Shown: positions 13,001 to 25,589 of the stretch, piece by piece
Layout: each line of letters opens with the position of its first letter
How positions within the stretch are numbered: the first letter of the stretch is position 1
Source of the DNA: Rhynchobatus australiae
Lineage: Eukaryota
DNA length: 64,000 bases
Direction: 5' to 3'
Assembly (NCBI GenBank): GCA_034780895.1
Contig: JAUZTB010000118.1
Span: 72,490,670 to 72,554,669, forward strand
Program-made: the position numbers and the translations under genes
Notes under the pieces: model-generated
Database searches by the model: none
What the model saw: only the letters and a program-made list of their open reading frames with translations
What the model was told of the DNA's origin: nothing

Positions 13001-14334
13001 AACCTGTCTACTTGCCAGCTAGGTTTGCTAAAGACCACAACTTTTTTCTCATACTTGGATGTAGAAAATAGTAAATTAAAAAAAAACTTCCTGAATTCTC
13101 TTTTCTAGCTACCATTTTTCTCAATCAAAACATTTTCCCTTTCTGTTTCTCTTTCTGTATTATATTTAATTTTAATTTGCCTTAAATTTTATTTCTGTCA
13201 GTGATCTATTTCTTTCTCTATCCTTCATTTTTATTGTTTATAGGGACAGATTCTTTACCAATGTCTCTGATCACAATTGCTATAAATTGGAACATCCAGC
13301 AGCACAGTTTGTTTTGGAGATCTAGAAGAAAAACATATCTTCAGGGACCTAATGCAAGATGGCCCACTCATAAAGATTCTGGGCCATTCTTAACTGCTGT
13401 AACCAGAGGCTCACATACAAGGACAGACTGTTGTAGATGCAATTCCCTTAAGATCTTATAACTGAAATGTTGCATACTTACAGAAACCAGAAACTGATTT
13501 TTTTTATAGTACAGCTGACATCTTCAAATAAATTTAGTTCAAATGCTCAGTTCACATCTACATTAAGATGAGAAAATGAGAACAGTCCAGATGCTGTTCT
13601 GTGGAGCTTCATCCTTACACAGCATGAACAGAATATAATATTACACAGCATTAAAGTCAGGGTTAATGGGTCAATTTAACACAGCAATATTAATATTTAG
13701 TAATCCTCCAATAGAAATCCAAATACATACAGCCCTGCTCAATTTACATGGCTAATAAATGTGCTGTTGTGTTTACTGATCCCTGCAAATCAGTATCTTA
13801 AACTTGATTCATTTTCAATTCAATGAATCTAATGTGCATTTTTTACTGAACCTTTTTCTTGGCAGCACAGTTGGAGATATAGTCACTAATTATTTTTAAA
13901 GTATTGGGATAAGTAGGCATTTATGGATTAAAGCAAATTCAGGAGGGATTTTCTGCTTATTCTCTCAGAGTACACATGACACAGACAAGGTTACCTTAGT
14001 TACCTTAAGCCGAAGCTGGCCAAAGTAATGGTGATGGATCTTCTTAAATTATTTTATTCTTTGTGCTGAAGCAACACTCATATTGGGGTTAAGCAGGGAA
14101 TTCCAGGATTTTGATTTAGCAACAATCATTGAACAAGAATACATCTCCAAGTCATGATGATGAGTAATTTAGAAGGAAACTTGCAGCTGATAGTGTTCTC
14201 ACAAATTAAGGCCAACTCAAATATCATATACTGATTTGAAATCCCATTATCTGAAAAGAAAAAATAGCTTCAAAATAAAACTGCAACACAATTTAAAAAT
14301 AGATAGTTCTCACACTTCCTTCCATAACTGAATG

Positions 14335-14865
14335 ATGAATGTAGAGCAGTGGATGTTGTCTACATGGATTTTAGCAAGGCATTCGACAAGTTCCCTTATG
14401 GCAGTCTCTTCCAGAAGATTAAGATGCATGTGATCCAAGGTGACTTGACCATTAGGATTCAGAATTGGTTTGCCCATAGGATGCTCAGGGTAGCGGCCAG
14501 TGGGTCTTATTCAGGTTGGAGGTTCGTGACTAGCCATGTTCTGTAGGGATCCATACTGGGACCTCTGCTGTTTGTGATATATACGTACATACCACCTAGA
14601 TGAAAATGTGAATGGGTGGATTAGTAAGTTTGCAGATGACACAAAGATTCGTGGCATGGTGAATAGTGTAGAAGATTGCCAAAGGATACAGCAAGATATA
14701 GGTCAGCTGCAGATGTGAGCGGAGAAATGGCAGATGGAGTTTAATCCAGGCAAGTGCGAGGTGTTGCATTTTCAGAGATCAGATGTAAAGGGAAAGTATG
14801 CAGTTAATTTGAGGACCCTTAACAGCATTGATGTACAGAGAGATCTTGGGGTCCAAGTCCATAGC
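14335..14865 (+). mobile_element. CR1 LINE RT region (continues at 17123)
   Basis: VDVVYMDFSKAFDK, ISKFADDTK, MEFNPGKCEVLHF. Confidence 0.9.
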
Positions 14866-15439
14866 CAAAAGACCATGAGACATAGGAGCAGAATTAAGCC
14901 ATTCAGCCTATCCAGTCTGCTCAACCATTTGATCATTCTTCTGCCTTCTCCCCATAACCTTTGACTAATCATGAACCTACCAACCTCTGCTTTCAATATA
15001 CCCAATGACTTGGCCTCCACAGCCGCCTGTGGCAATGAATTCCACAGATTCGCTATCTTCTAGCTAAAGAAAATCCTCCTCATCTCTGTTCTGAAGGGAT
15101 GTTCCTCTATTCTGAGACTCTGCCCTCTGGTCCTGGACTCTCCCACTACTAGAAACATCCTCTCCACGTCCACTCTATCCAGGCCTTTCAGTATTTGGTG
15201 GGTTTCAATTGAGATTCCCACCCCATCCTTCTAAACTCCAGTGAGTATAGGCCCAGAGCCATCAAACGTTCCTCATGCGTTAACCCTTTTATCTCTGGGA
15301 TCATTCTTGTAAACATCCTCTGGACCCTCTCCAACACCAGCACATCCTTCCTTAGATACGGAGCCCAAAACTGCTCACAATACTCCAAATGTGGTCTGAC
15401 CAATGCCTTATAAAGCCTCAGCATTACATCCTTGCTTTT
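14866..15439 (-). mobile_element. CR1 LINE 3' part, inserted antisense into the preceding CR1
   Basis: MLRLYKALVRPHLEYCEQFWAPYLRKDVLVLERVQRMFTRMIP. Confidence 0.9.
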
Positions 15440-16104
15440 NNNNNNNNNNNNNNNNNNNNNNNNNNNNNNNNNNNNNNNNNNNNNNNNNNNNNNNNNNNNN
15501 NNNNNNNNNNNNNNNNNNNNNNNNNNNNNNNNNNNNNNNTAATTGCCAGTGAACTGAATAACTTGCTGGGTTATTTTGGAAAGAAATTAAGAGCCAATCA
15601 TAGTTGTGGGCCTGGATTTACTTGTTGGCCAGAGCAGATAAGATGGGACTGAATTCCTTTCCAAAAAGATATTAATAAACTAGAATGATCTTTGCATCAT
15701 TCTGTAGTTTCATGATCCCCATTGCTGATGCTAGCTTTTTTTTCATTTTAGATTTATTTAATTAGTTGAATCTAAATGTAGTGCTACCCATGATTGGTTT
15801 CAAACTCACACCTTTGATAAATTGTCCATGCTTCTGAATACCAGTCCAGTAACTTAACACTATTCTGCCATAGTCACCTTCCTAGGTTAGACTCTGCAAT
15901 GTGTTTCAGTGAAGATCTGTCAATCTGCCTGGTTAAGGAAATACACAGTTGCTTTCCTTCTTCACAATTTACTAATTTAGTAATCTAAAAACCTGGATTA
16001 ACAATTCAGGGATCTGAGAACAAATCCCAAACTGGCAGCTGTTGAAGTTAAATTCAGTTTTCTAAGTAACCATTAGATTGTCGTCAAAATTCATCTGGTT
16101 CACC

Positions 16105-17118
16105 AGACCATAAGACATAGGAGCAGAATTAGGCCATTCGGCCCATCGAGTATGCTCCATCATTCAATCATGGCTGACGTATTTTTCACTCTCAACACCA
16201 TTCTCCTGCCTTCTCCCCAGAACCTTTGATGCTCTTTCTAGTCAAGAACCTATCAACCTCCACTTTAAATATACCTAATGACTTGGCCTCCACAGCCCTC
16301 TATGGCAATGAATTCCCGATTCACCACCCTCTGGCTAAAGAAATTCCTCCTCATCTCAGTTCTAAAGGGACGTCCCTTTATTCTGAGGCAGTGCCTTCTG
16401 GTCCTAGACTGTCCCACGACTGGAAGCATCCTCTCCACGTCCACTCTATCCAAGCCTTTCAATAGTCAGTAGGTTTCAATGAGATCCCTCCTCATCCTCC
16501 TAAACTCCAGCAAGTACAGAGCCATCAAACGCTCCTCACAAACCCTTTAATCTCTGGTCTCATTCTCCAAAACTCCCTCTGGACCCTCTCCAACACCAGC
16601 ACATCCTTCCTTTGATGTGGGGCCTAAAACTGCTCACAATACTCCAAATGTGGTCTGATCAACGCCTTATAAAGCCTCAGCATTACATCCTTGCTTTTAT
16701 ATTCTTGTCCTCTCAAAATGAATGTTGACATTGCATTTGCCTTCCTTACTACTGACTCAACCTGCAAGTTAACCTTTAGGGAATCCTGCACTAGGACTCC
16801 CAAGTCCCTTTGCACTTCCAATTTCCGAATTCTCTCCTCATTTAGAAAATAGCCATTGCCTTTATTCCTTCTACTGAAGTGTATGACTGTACACTTCCCT
16901 ACACTGTATACCATCTGCCACTTCTTTGCCCATTGTCCCAAACTGTCTAAGTCCTTCTGCAGTCTCCCTGCTTCCTCATCACCACCTGTCCCTCCACCTA
17001 TCTTTGTATCATCAGCAAATTTGGCCCCAAAGCCATCAATTCTGTCATCCAGATCATTAATATACACAGTATCGTGAAAAGTAGCGGACACAACACTGAC
17101 CCCTGAGGAAAACCACTA
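16105..17118 (-). mobile_element. CR1 LINE, 5'-truncated
   Basis: YINDLDD..KFADDTKIGG..RLQKDLD..LRLYKALIRPHLEYCEQF. Confidence 0.9.
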
Positions 17119-17122
17119 GAAA

Positions 17123-17812
17123 ATAGCTTCCGGAAAGTGGCTGCACAAATCAATAGCGTGGTAAAGAAGGCATATGGTATGCTTTCTTTTATTAGTTGAG
17201 GCATTGAATTCAAGAGTCAGGAAGTTATGTTGCAGCTGTATAAAGCTCTGGTTAAGCCACATCTGGAATACTGCATTCAATTCTGGTCATTCTATTATAA
17301 GAAAGATATGGAGGCTCTGGAGGAGTAGAAAAGGTTTACCAGGATGTTGCCTGGATTAAAGGGCATGTGCTAAAGGGAGAGGTTGGACAAACTAGGGTTG
17401 TTTTCTCTGGAGCAGCAGAGACTGAGGGGAGACCTGATATTAGTGTATATAATTAGTAGAGGCACAGATAGAGTAGACAGCCAATACATTTTTCCCAGAA
17501 TTGAAATGTCTAATACTAGAGGGCGCGCATTTGTGGTGGGGGGCAGGGGGTGTAGGTTCAAAGGAGATGTGCGAGGTAGGTTTCATTTTTACAGAGAGAG
17601 CAGTAGGTGCCTGGAATGTGCTGCCAGGGGTGGTGGTGGAGGCAGATAGGATAGAGGAATTTAAAGATGTTAGATAGGCAGATGAATATGCAGAGAATGG
17701 AGGGATATAGACCACGTGCAGGCAGAAGGAGTTAGGTGTCATTAGCTTAATTCATTCAGCACAACATCGTGGTCTGAAAGGCCTGTTCCTGTGCTGTACT
17801 CTTCTATGTTCG
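17123..17812 (+). mobile_element. CR1 LINE 3' part (continuation of 14335-14865)
   Basis: LDKLGLFSLEQQRLRGDLI; 3' UTR ending ggcctgttcctgtgctgtacttctatgtt-like tail. Confidence 0.88.
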
Positions 17813-19029
17813 ATAAACAAAAATGCGTTCAAAGTCATTATAAAGTTATTTGAATAGAGCTAAAGAACTGAGCTGTTGATCAGTGCACTGAGTTGTTCAG
17901 GTGTTTGAAACTTTGCTCCTAAATTGTCCCAGAATCATCACAGATTTCCTACAAGCGTATATACACCGTCTACTATGAGACCATTGATTGTTAGGCCCAT
18001 TCAACAGAATTCAGGGGAAAGTAACTGGAAATTATCCAGAACATTCAATTGCAAAGACCGTTGGAAATTGACTACGGTTTGTGAGGGGAAACAACAATTA
18101 ACGATTTGTTGCAATACTTTAACATTAATAATACAGAAGAGTATTTAACTTGGTTTATTATTCAGAGGGTATATTTACTTAATTAATAAAACTAGAGATT
18201 AAAAGCTTTTTCTCCCTTCAGACATCCAATATCTGGAACAAATTCAAAGGAGTTAAAGCCACGTCAATAATGAACCAGTTAGATGTCTGTTTAATAAAAG
18301 GAATTTCCACCTGTGCTGTGTTGCATAAAATTCTGATGAAGTCTAAGCCTGAAATATTACCTTGTCTGCTCCCTCCACAGTCACCGACTGAGCTGCTGAG
18401 TCCTTCCAACATTTTGTTTCTGCTCTGAATTGGCTTGCTTATGTTTCACTGTCATTTGACGATTCCCTTTCCAAAAGCCAAAGTTTTCCTCTTGCTTTTG
18501 AACATAACCATCTCCAATGGGACTATCGAAGAAGATCGAATTCTCCCACTTTAAGTAAACCAAACCCCACCCTCACCATGTCACTTATTTTCTTCCTTTT
18601 CCCAGCCTCTCTTTGCACATGTGCTCAACAGACACCAGTACAGGGAGCTTTGCCAAGCCTCAGTAATACAAACCCACTGCCACCACACTGGTTCAGTAAA
18701 AATCAACTGAGGCCCAGGGTTCCACAAATAACCAAGTACAATTCTACCCAAGTGAGGCTTGAGTGTATTCTAGCAGGTTATTCAGTCATGATTAGTCTCA
18801 TTCCAACACTTGATGTGCCTTGAGCGACACTCACACACAGCCTGGATAGTGGCTAGGGGCAGGAAGCCTTTGGCTTTTGCCTTCATTCCCATCCACAAGT
18901 GACCAGGCAGACTGTTGTACCCTTCCACCACTTCCAAAGGCTTCGTTGGCACGGTGAATAAAAGTGACTGAAGAGCTCAGTAGGGGTTCACTACTTTCAG
19001 AGAAAGGGAGATGGCAAGCTGGAACTCAC

Positions 19030-19169
19030 CGACAGCAGATCTCCAAGAGCTTCAGCAAACCCCACCACATACATAGCCACTGCCACTGCGTTGGCAAACG
19101 CAAAGATGAGGCCAATGGAACCGCCAAACTCTGGTCCTAAACTGCGGGAGATCAAGTAGTAAGCACCAC
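19030..19169 (-). CDS. Isolated 140-nt internal exon of an Na-K-Cl cotransporter (SLC12A1/SLC12A2-like, exon-5 equivalent)
   Basis: Acceptor ccctctctcccttgtcttgcag|GT GGT GCT, donor CTG TCG|gtgagt. Translation (G)[46 protein letters not shown] has no stop. GAYY/PEFGG/AVAMYV is NKCC-type rather than NCC; GGSIG and DLL lean towards NKCC2/SLC12A1, but the paralog is uncertain. Confidence 0.88.
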
Positions 19170-19430
19170 CTGCAAGACAAGGGAGAGAGGGTAAAACACA
19201 CCGAAAGCACATGGAACTAATCTGGTAGCAAGTTGTGATATCAAGTATGATATAATTTGGGACTCACAATAAAGGAGATAGACCCCAATTACACATGAGT
19301 TTTTGAGGTTGTAAGTAGCANNNNNNNNNNNNNNNNNNNNNNNNNNNNNNNNNNNNNNNNNNNNNNNNNNNNNNNNNNNNNNNNNNNNNNNNNNNNNNNN
19401 NNNNNNNNNNNNNNNNNNNNTCCGATCTTT

Positions 19431-19510
19431 CAGTCCTGAAGAAGGGTCCTGACCCGAAACATTGACCTCCACGGATGCTGCCTGGCCTGCTGAGTTCCTC
19501 CAGCGTCTTC
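19431..19510 (+). mobile_element. Penelope-type terminal repeat with near-intact minimal hammerhead motif
   Basis: GTC CTGAAGA A GGGTC CT GACCC GAAA CATT GAC then ggatgctgcctggcctgctgagttcctccagc. Confidence 0.7.
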
Positions 19511-19679
19511 TTGTTTTTCCTTTGTTTCTCCAAGGAGACTTTTTTTTTTACCTGCTCCAGCTATTTTGACCAATCCTTCAGAAATTTGTACCAAATATAA
19601 CCTTTGATTTTTATTATCCCAATATCCCTGTTCAGTGAACTCTCTTCCATGTAGGTGAATTATTCTTCTTTGGTAATAC

Positions 19680-20335
19680 CCTGGGATCAAGGATGACTGC
19701 TTCCACTCTAATTTTATTCATTCCAAAATGGCTAATGAAGTTAATGTGGGAACAGCAGACTCTTCAACAGATGGGGAGGGAGATGACCCTCAGGGCAGGT
19801 GAGTGAGTAGTGTATGAGGTGGCTCACTCCTTCTGCTGCTTACAGGGGGTTTCCATAATACATGGCCTCAAAATTCTCAGATATTATCCGCGATGCTCCT
19901 TCCCCACCTTGAGTGGTCAAGGGCCAAAGACCCCCAGAATTCAGTGGGGATGTTGCATTTCTTCACCAAGGCTTTGAGCATATCCCTAAATGTTTTCCAG
20001 TTTCTGCCTGCTGATCTCTTCCCATGACTAAGCGCGGAAAAGGGTGTTTTGGGAATCACATGTCAGGCATGCAAATGAAGTGGCCTGCTCAGCATAACCA
20101 AACAAGCATAAGTGGGGTCTCAACAGTGGGGATATTGGCCTGCGATAGCACACTGATATTGCTTTACTTAACCTTCCGGTGAATTTGGAGGATTTTGCAG
20201 AGACTGCATTGGTAGTAGTTTTCCAATACCTAGGGATGCCAGGTCTCAGAATCACATAGAAGGGCAGTGATCACAGCTATCCAGTAGCGCACAAGTTTTG
20301 TGCCACGTCTGAAGTCTTCATGTTTAAAATATCTA
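19680..20335 (-). mobile_element. RTE-clade LINE 3' fragment
   Basis: IPKTPFSALSHGKRSAGRNWKTFRDMLKALVKKCNIP..DHSRWGRSI. Confidence 0.75.
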
Positions 20336-21379
20336 GGACTGGATCACTAATGTTCAGCAATGCAGCCAGGATTTGCTTCTGGGCCCATAGTCAATGCACT
20401 CAGCTATTTCTTAATATTCACATTAAACAAATCAAATTGTCTGAAAACTTTCTTCTATGTTAGGGGCATCCTTGGCAGACCCACATACTGGGCTCCACTA
20501 TAGCTGAGGATGTGAGACTTGCAGTGCTTCATGCTTTGGTTAGTTGTTTGATTGTTCACCACATACTGCCCATTACTCTGCAGTCAATCACTGATGAATG
20601 TAATGTGTTGTTGAGTGGTATTAAGTTGTACTTGCTCACCAATAACATTATGGCCTGAACCAAGTATGGATAAAGGGGGTTAAATTCCAGAGATGAAGAT
20701 GTGGAAGAACTGCAAAGTTTTGAGCTGATCTGGTTGTGGGGTTGCTTTGCATGTATATACATAGCCCTCTATTGTAATTTCACTAAATGTACTTAAGTTT
20801 TAGGCATATCTGGTGCTGCACCCAGTATTCCTCATTGGTCAAAGGCTTGTCCCCTGGCTTGAACACAAAGGTAGAGTAAGAGAAGTACATTTGGGGATGA
20901 GCAAGACACCACAGGCTCAGTTTCCCCAGGACATTTAATCTTTAATGAAAAATCTCCAGCTTCATGAAGATTAGAACCGGACAAAGCAATAGCTTTCAGA
21001 CAACCACTCCCTGAAACCACCTTACTGCTATTATTGAAAAGTCGGGACAGCATTGATAATCCGTCAACTTGAGAACAGCTGTCAAGGCTATTTGGAGCAG
21101 AGCCAGCCACTTAATTTTGGGCAGACCCTCTGCCCTGCAATGCCTCATTTGTTAGGTGTGGTGACCCCTTGAGTGATTGCACCTAGAAGCACACTAACAG
21201 AAACAGTGTGCTTTCAATAGTGTGTGACATTGGAACTTGGGCAGCTTGCCAGTCATCAGAATATATACCCCTTGTGTACACTAGAATCATATTTAGACCA
21301 CACAAGTTACCAGTAACAGTTACACTGAATAATATTAATAAATCAGTTGGATCTTTAATGTCAACTCTGGTGTTTTCAA

Positions 21380-21855
21380 GGTCATTTCCCTGACCACCTT
21401 AATCACTTTGCTTGTGACAGAGTAGATAGATGTGCAGGAATTAGCTGGATTTGATTCGTCACGCTTTTGTAGACTGAACTCAGCCAGAGTTTCTATTTTA
21501 TTGGATATATGCCAGTGCTGTAGCTGTACTAGAACAACTACAGGCACAGTTTAATTTGGGACTCAGAGCACCTGCACCACACATTGGATATTGTCTGGAC
21601 CCATCACTATAGCTGTATCCATTATTGTCAGCCATTTCTTGATATCACAAGGAGCAAATAAAGCTGGCTGAGAGTTGATGTTGTGCTAGTGAAGACATCA
21701 GAAAAGAGGCAGAGATGGATCACCCATTTGTATTTTGGGATGACAGCACTTGCAATCTTCTCTTGATACTCATACTGGGCATAGCCATCATTGAAGATAG
21801 GATATTCTTGAAGCTTCTCCCTCTCATTAGTTGTTTTACCACCATTTGTGATTGG
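21380..21855 (-). mobile_element. Old CR1/L2-like LINE fragment (same family as 3880-4560)
   Basis: Antisense homology to 3890-4020 (tacaactactggcat..aaatccagctaatt..aagtgat); TxxxxGPDNI-like stretch at ~21585-21620. Confidence 0.55.
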
Positions 21856-22169
21856 NNNNNNNNNNNNNNNNNNNNNNNNNNNNNNNNNNNNNNNNNNNNN
21901 NNNNNNNNNNNNNNNNNNNNNNNNNNNNNNNNNNNNNNNNNNNNNNNNNNNNNNNNNNNNNNNNNNNNNNNNNNNNNNNNNNNNNNNNNNNNNNNNNNNN
22001 NNNNNNNNNNNNNNNNNNNNNNNNNNNNNNNNNNNNNNNNNNNNNNNNNNNNNNNNNNNNNNNNNNNNNNNNNNNNNNNNNNNNNNNNNNNNNNNNNNNN
22101 NNNNNNNNNNNNNNNNNNNNNNNNNNNNNNNNNNNNNNNNNNNNNNNNNNNNNNNNNNNNNNNNNNNNN

Positions 22170-22445
22170 ATAAAGGAAATTGGGGATCATTTTGCAGGAA
22201 ACAGAAAGCTCATGTACAGGTGCAGAAGGTAATAGTGAAGGCTAATGGAATATTGCCCCAAAGAAGTTTGAATATAAAAGTAGGCAAGTCGTACCACACC
22301 TGTAAGACAACATCCAGAGCATTGCCAACAATTTTGGTCCTCCTGCTTAATGGAGGCAATTCAGAGAGGTTCAGTGGGCTGGTCGTAGATGAGAAATTGT
22401 CCTTCAAGGAGAAGTTAAACAGGCTGGGATTCTGTTCACTGTGAG
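22170..22445 (+). mobile_element. Degenerate CR1 fragment
   Basis: QVQKVIVKANGIL..EKLNRLGFCSL. Confidence 0.65.
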
Positions 22446-22817
22446 TCTGCTCAAGTTTAAAAAAAATAAAAGAATCTTATTGGATAATAGAAACAGGCAG
22501 AAAAAAACCCAAGTTGAGTCCAATGAAGAGAGATTGGGAATCGGAATCTGAGATTTTGCAATGTTGCTTTTGCTGTCTATCACAGATGTAACCCTATGTT
22601 GCAGCTTCTCCAGTTTGGCAGCTTATTTTAAGATGTGCACAGTGCTGTTCCTGGTGTAATAGAGGGTAGTGATCTACTGTGGAAAAGCTAAATCATGAGG
22701 TTACTGATTGTGATTAAATATAATTCTGCTGCTTTTGATACTATGTTACTACTTGGAAGACATAATATGGAATAAAATTCATGGTATTGAACTTGGTTAT
22801 AAATGCAGTAGTGTAGG

Positions 22818-23100
22818 GGCAGGCACAATAGTGTAGCAGTTAGCATAATGCTATTACAGTACCAGTGACCTTGGTTTAATTCTGGCTACTGTCTGTAAGG
22901 AGTTTGTACATTCTCCCCATGTCTGTGTGTTTCTTCTGGGTGCTCAGATACCCTCCCACATTCCAAAGACATACAGGTTAGAAAGTTGAATGCTGCGATG
23001 TTGGCATCAGAAGCATGGCAAAACTTGAGCTGCCCCCAGAACACTCTACACACAAATGCATTTCACTGTTTTGATATACATCTGACTAATAAAGATCTTA
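22818..23100 (+). mobile_element. tRNA-derived V-SINE (HE1-like)
   Basis: tRNA-like head (tagtgtagcagttagc...ggtttaattc), V-domain gtctgtaaggagtttgtacattctcccc...ctcccacattccaaagac, tail ending aataaag. Confidence 0.8.
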
Positions 23101-25589
23101 ATCTTAAAAATGTTCCAATTGCCATTTAGCTTTTTTAAAAAAATGAAATTTTGATGAAACAACTAAATGGTTAATAGTAAATGATTTAGAATTTAATATA
23201 GATGTAAAGTTGGATATTTGTGCGATTGCACGTAGACAGGTATATAACATTGTGCTCCTCAGGAAACTGGTTCTGTTGAAGACATTGGAGCTACATTTCA
23301 GGAGTGAAATACAACATGAACCATCTGTTCAAGAACAAATTTCTAGAAACCATTAATTTTGGAGAATATAAAGGATGCCTTGGTGGCAATGGAAGTGGAT
23401 TTTATCAAAATATTTACTTTATATTATCAGTTAATTTTATGACTTTACTTTTTGCAAAATTTAAATTCAGTTAAAATTATCCCCATGCTGGCATAATTTC
23501 TGTCATGCTCCTACTTCCAAATGAAGCCAATTTACTACTACATTTATTCTGATTTGGCAGAGATGTCAAAGGTTTTGCTGCAACATCCAGAGAATTCAAT
23601 CTAATTAACTAATACAAACTATACACCTCAATACAAATCTAAGTTATATAAAATAAGCTTTAAAATAGTTATAATTACTTAAATATTATGCAAATAGTTC
23701 TTGAAAGAACAGTGAAGTCATTTCATAGTCTATCAAGTGACCTCCTATCAAATGAATCAAGAAAAAACATAGCTACATAGCAACCTTACATGATGCACAG
23801 AAGTTGTTCATGTGAGATTGGGATTGATATATTTACATTTGATTCCCCCACCCCTCCCCCAGTTAAAATTAGCTAATATTAAGAAAACAAAAAACCTGGA
23901 TAACCTGAACACCACCACAAGTGAGGAATGCTTCTGTTATACTTTGTGGTTCTACAGAACAGTAACATTCAGGGTTGTATGACAACTGCAAATCCTGGAG
24001 GAATTGATTTTTTTGTCTTGAAACTGGACACATTTTCATATTTGTACTTAAGATCTTTAGATGTAGGTGTCCTTTTTCTCCTTTTAAATAAAGATGGCAG
24101 AAGTACCTTGATAATAGACTGATGTGGTTTTCCACAATTGCCAAAACAATGTAAAGATGATATTTATTGCCCTGTATATTGGCCATGAATTGATACAGAT
24201 TTACTTGATTTGGTGTCANNNNNNNNNNNNNNNNNNNNNNNNNNNNNNNNNNNNNNNNNNNNNNNNNNNNNNNNNNNNNNNNNNNNNNNNNNNNNNNNNN
24301 NNNNNNNNNNNNNNNNNNAGGCGATATAATGCTTCCTTACACAACACTGGCTTTTATTTATAATTGCATTCTCCGAATAAGTTTGATTGAGAAATAATCA
24401 GCATTCAATTTGGTGAAAGAGACATTGCCTGTATGTAAAAATGGTTGTTGAAAACAATTGTTGCATGATATATTACTGGTGATGAGTGTCATATCATAAG
24501 AAATTAAGAGTCTATTTTAAAGCATATCCTCCCTTTAAAAAGTATTTTTAGCTTCTATTTGAATAGTATATGACAATTTCTCAAATTTTAATCAAAATTA
24601 TACACATCATTTGCCCATGAAGTTGTGAGCAAAGTGACATTTCAAGCTGAAACTCTTAATAATACAAACATTTTGTCTGAATTCCATATTCACTAATCTG
24701 TGGTTTCACTGGCAACAGCATATTGGAGTAATTTCTGCTCTATTTTTTCCCCGCCTGTTAAAATAGTCTGGTGTAGCTCATAAACAAACTAATTAAATAA
24801 CATCTTACATGGTTCACAAGATATTCAGTGCAACATATCAATTTGCAAACATGTGAGGCTCAATTATCACACATTATATCCAAAGTTCATAGCAGCAAGA
24901 CCAATTAAGGTGCAATGTTAATGAGAAGACTGATTTTACTTTACACCACCAATTGAAGTATCCTTAATACAACAATACTATTTATTGTTGTAGAAGCATT
25001 TTCCCCGAAGGAAATCTTCCTGGGCGCAGGCATGAGAAAAATAATGTTATGACTAACTAAAGCAGCTACAACATTTAAAGAAAAACAGGAAGAATGGACT
25101 GAAATGCCAATGAGTCACTTCGTCAGCCCAATTGCACATATTTTCTCTAGGTCACTGTAATAACCAAGAATCAACTACTTATCTCTCCAGCATTCCAGTA
25201 GTAACAGCCTACCAACCTTTAACCAATCCTCATTCATACACACTCAACCCAGATTTTATCATATGGGGGCTGGTGCCTGGACCCATCATTGAACTGCATA
25301 GATATTGTTTCCTTCACTTGCTATGTCCAGATGGCCAAGATCATTCTGGACCCAAGCAGTGAAGTTCTACACAGCACCAGGTCCTGAGCAATGTAACAGA
25401 TAGTAACCTCCTCTCAAGAAAACCCATTTGCTATTGATAAAGGCATAACCCCAGCTTTGTTATCTGTCAAAACTGTCAAGGTATTAAACATTTCTAAATG
25501 TCCCCGACATTCCAGTCAGAGGAGGTTGCTGAAAATATCAGCAGCAAACAGGAGGGTGGAAAATGATCAGTAACGATGGGGAATTAAAG

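Noticed and set aside
18860-18900. Possible next SLC12 exon (minus strand MGMKAKA resembling GMEWEAK)
   Set aside because: There is no upstream DIRIIG-like sequence, no matching splice sites and no Trp codon.
18997-19212. 71-aa ORF as a standalone gene
   Set aside because: Only the 140 nt between the AG and GT splice sites are SLC12-like; the flanks are intronic read-through.
21715-22444. Long ORFs spanning N-runs (also at 29920, 61020 and elsewhere)
   Set aside because: They are artefacts of translating assembly gaps.
22818-22890. tRNA gene
   Set aside because: The degenerate tRNA-like head continues into a V-SINE body and cannot form a proper cloverleaf.
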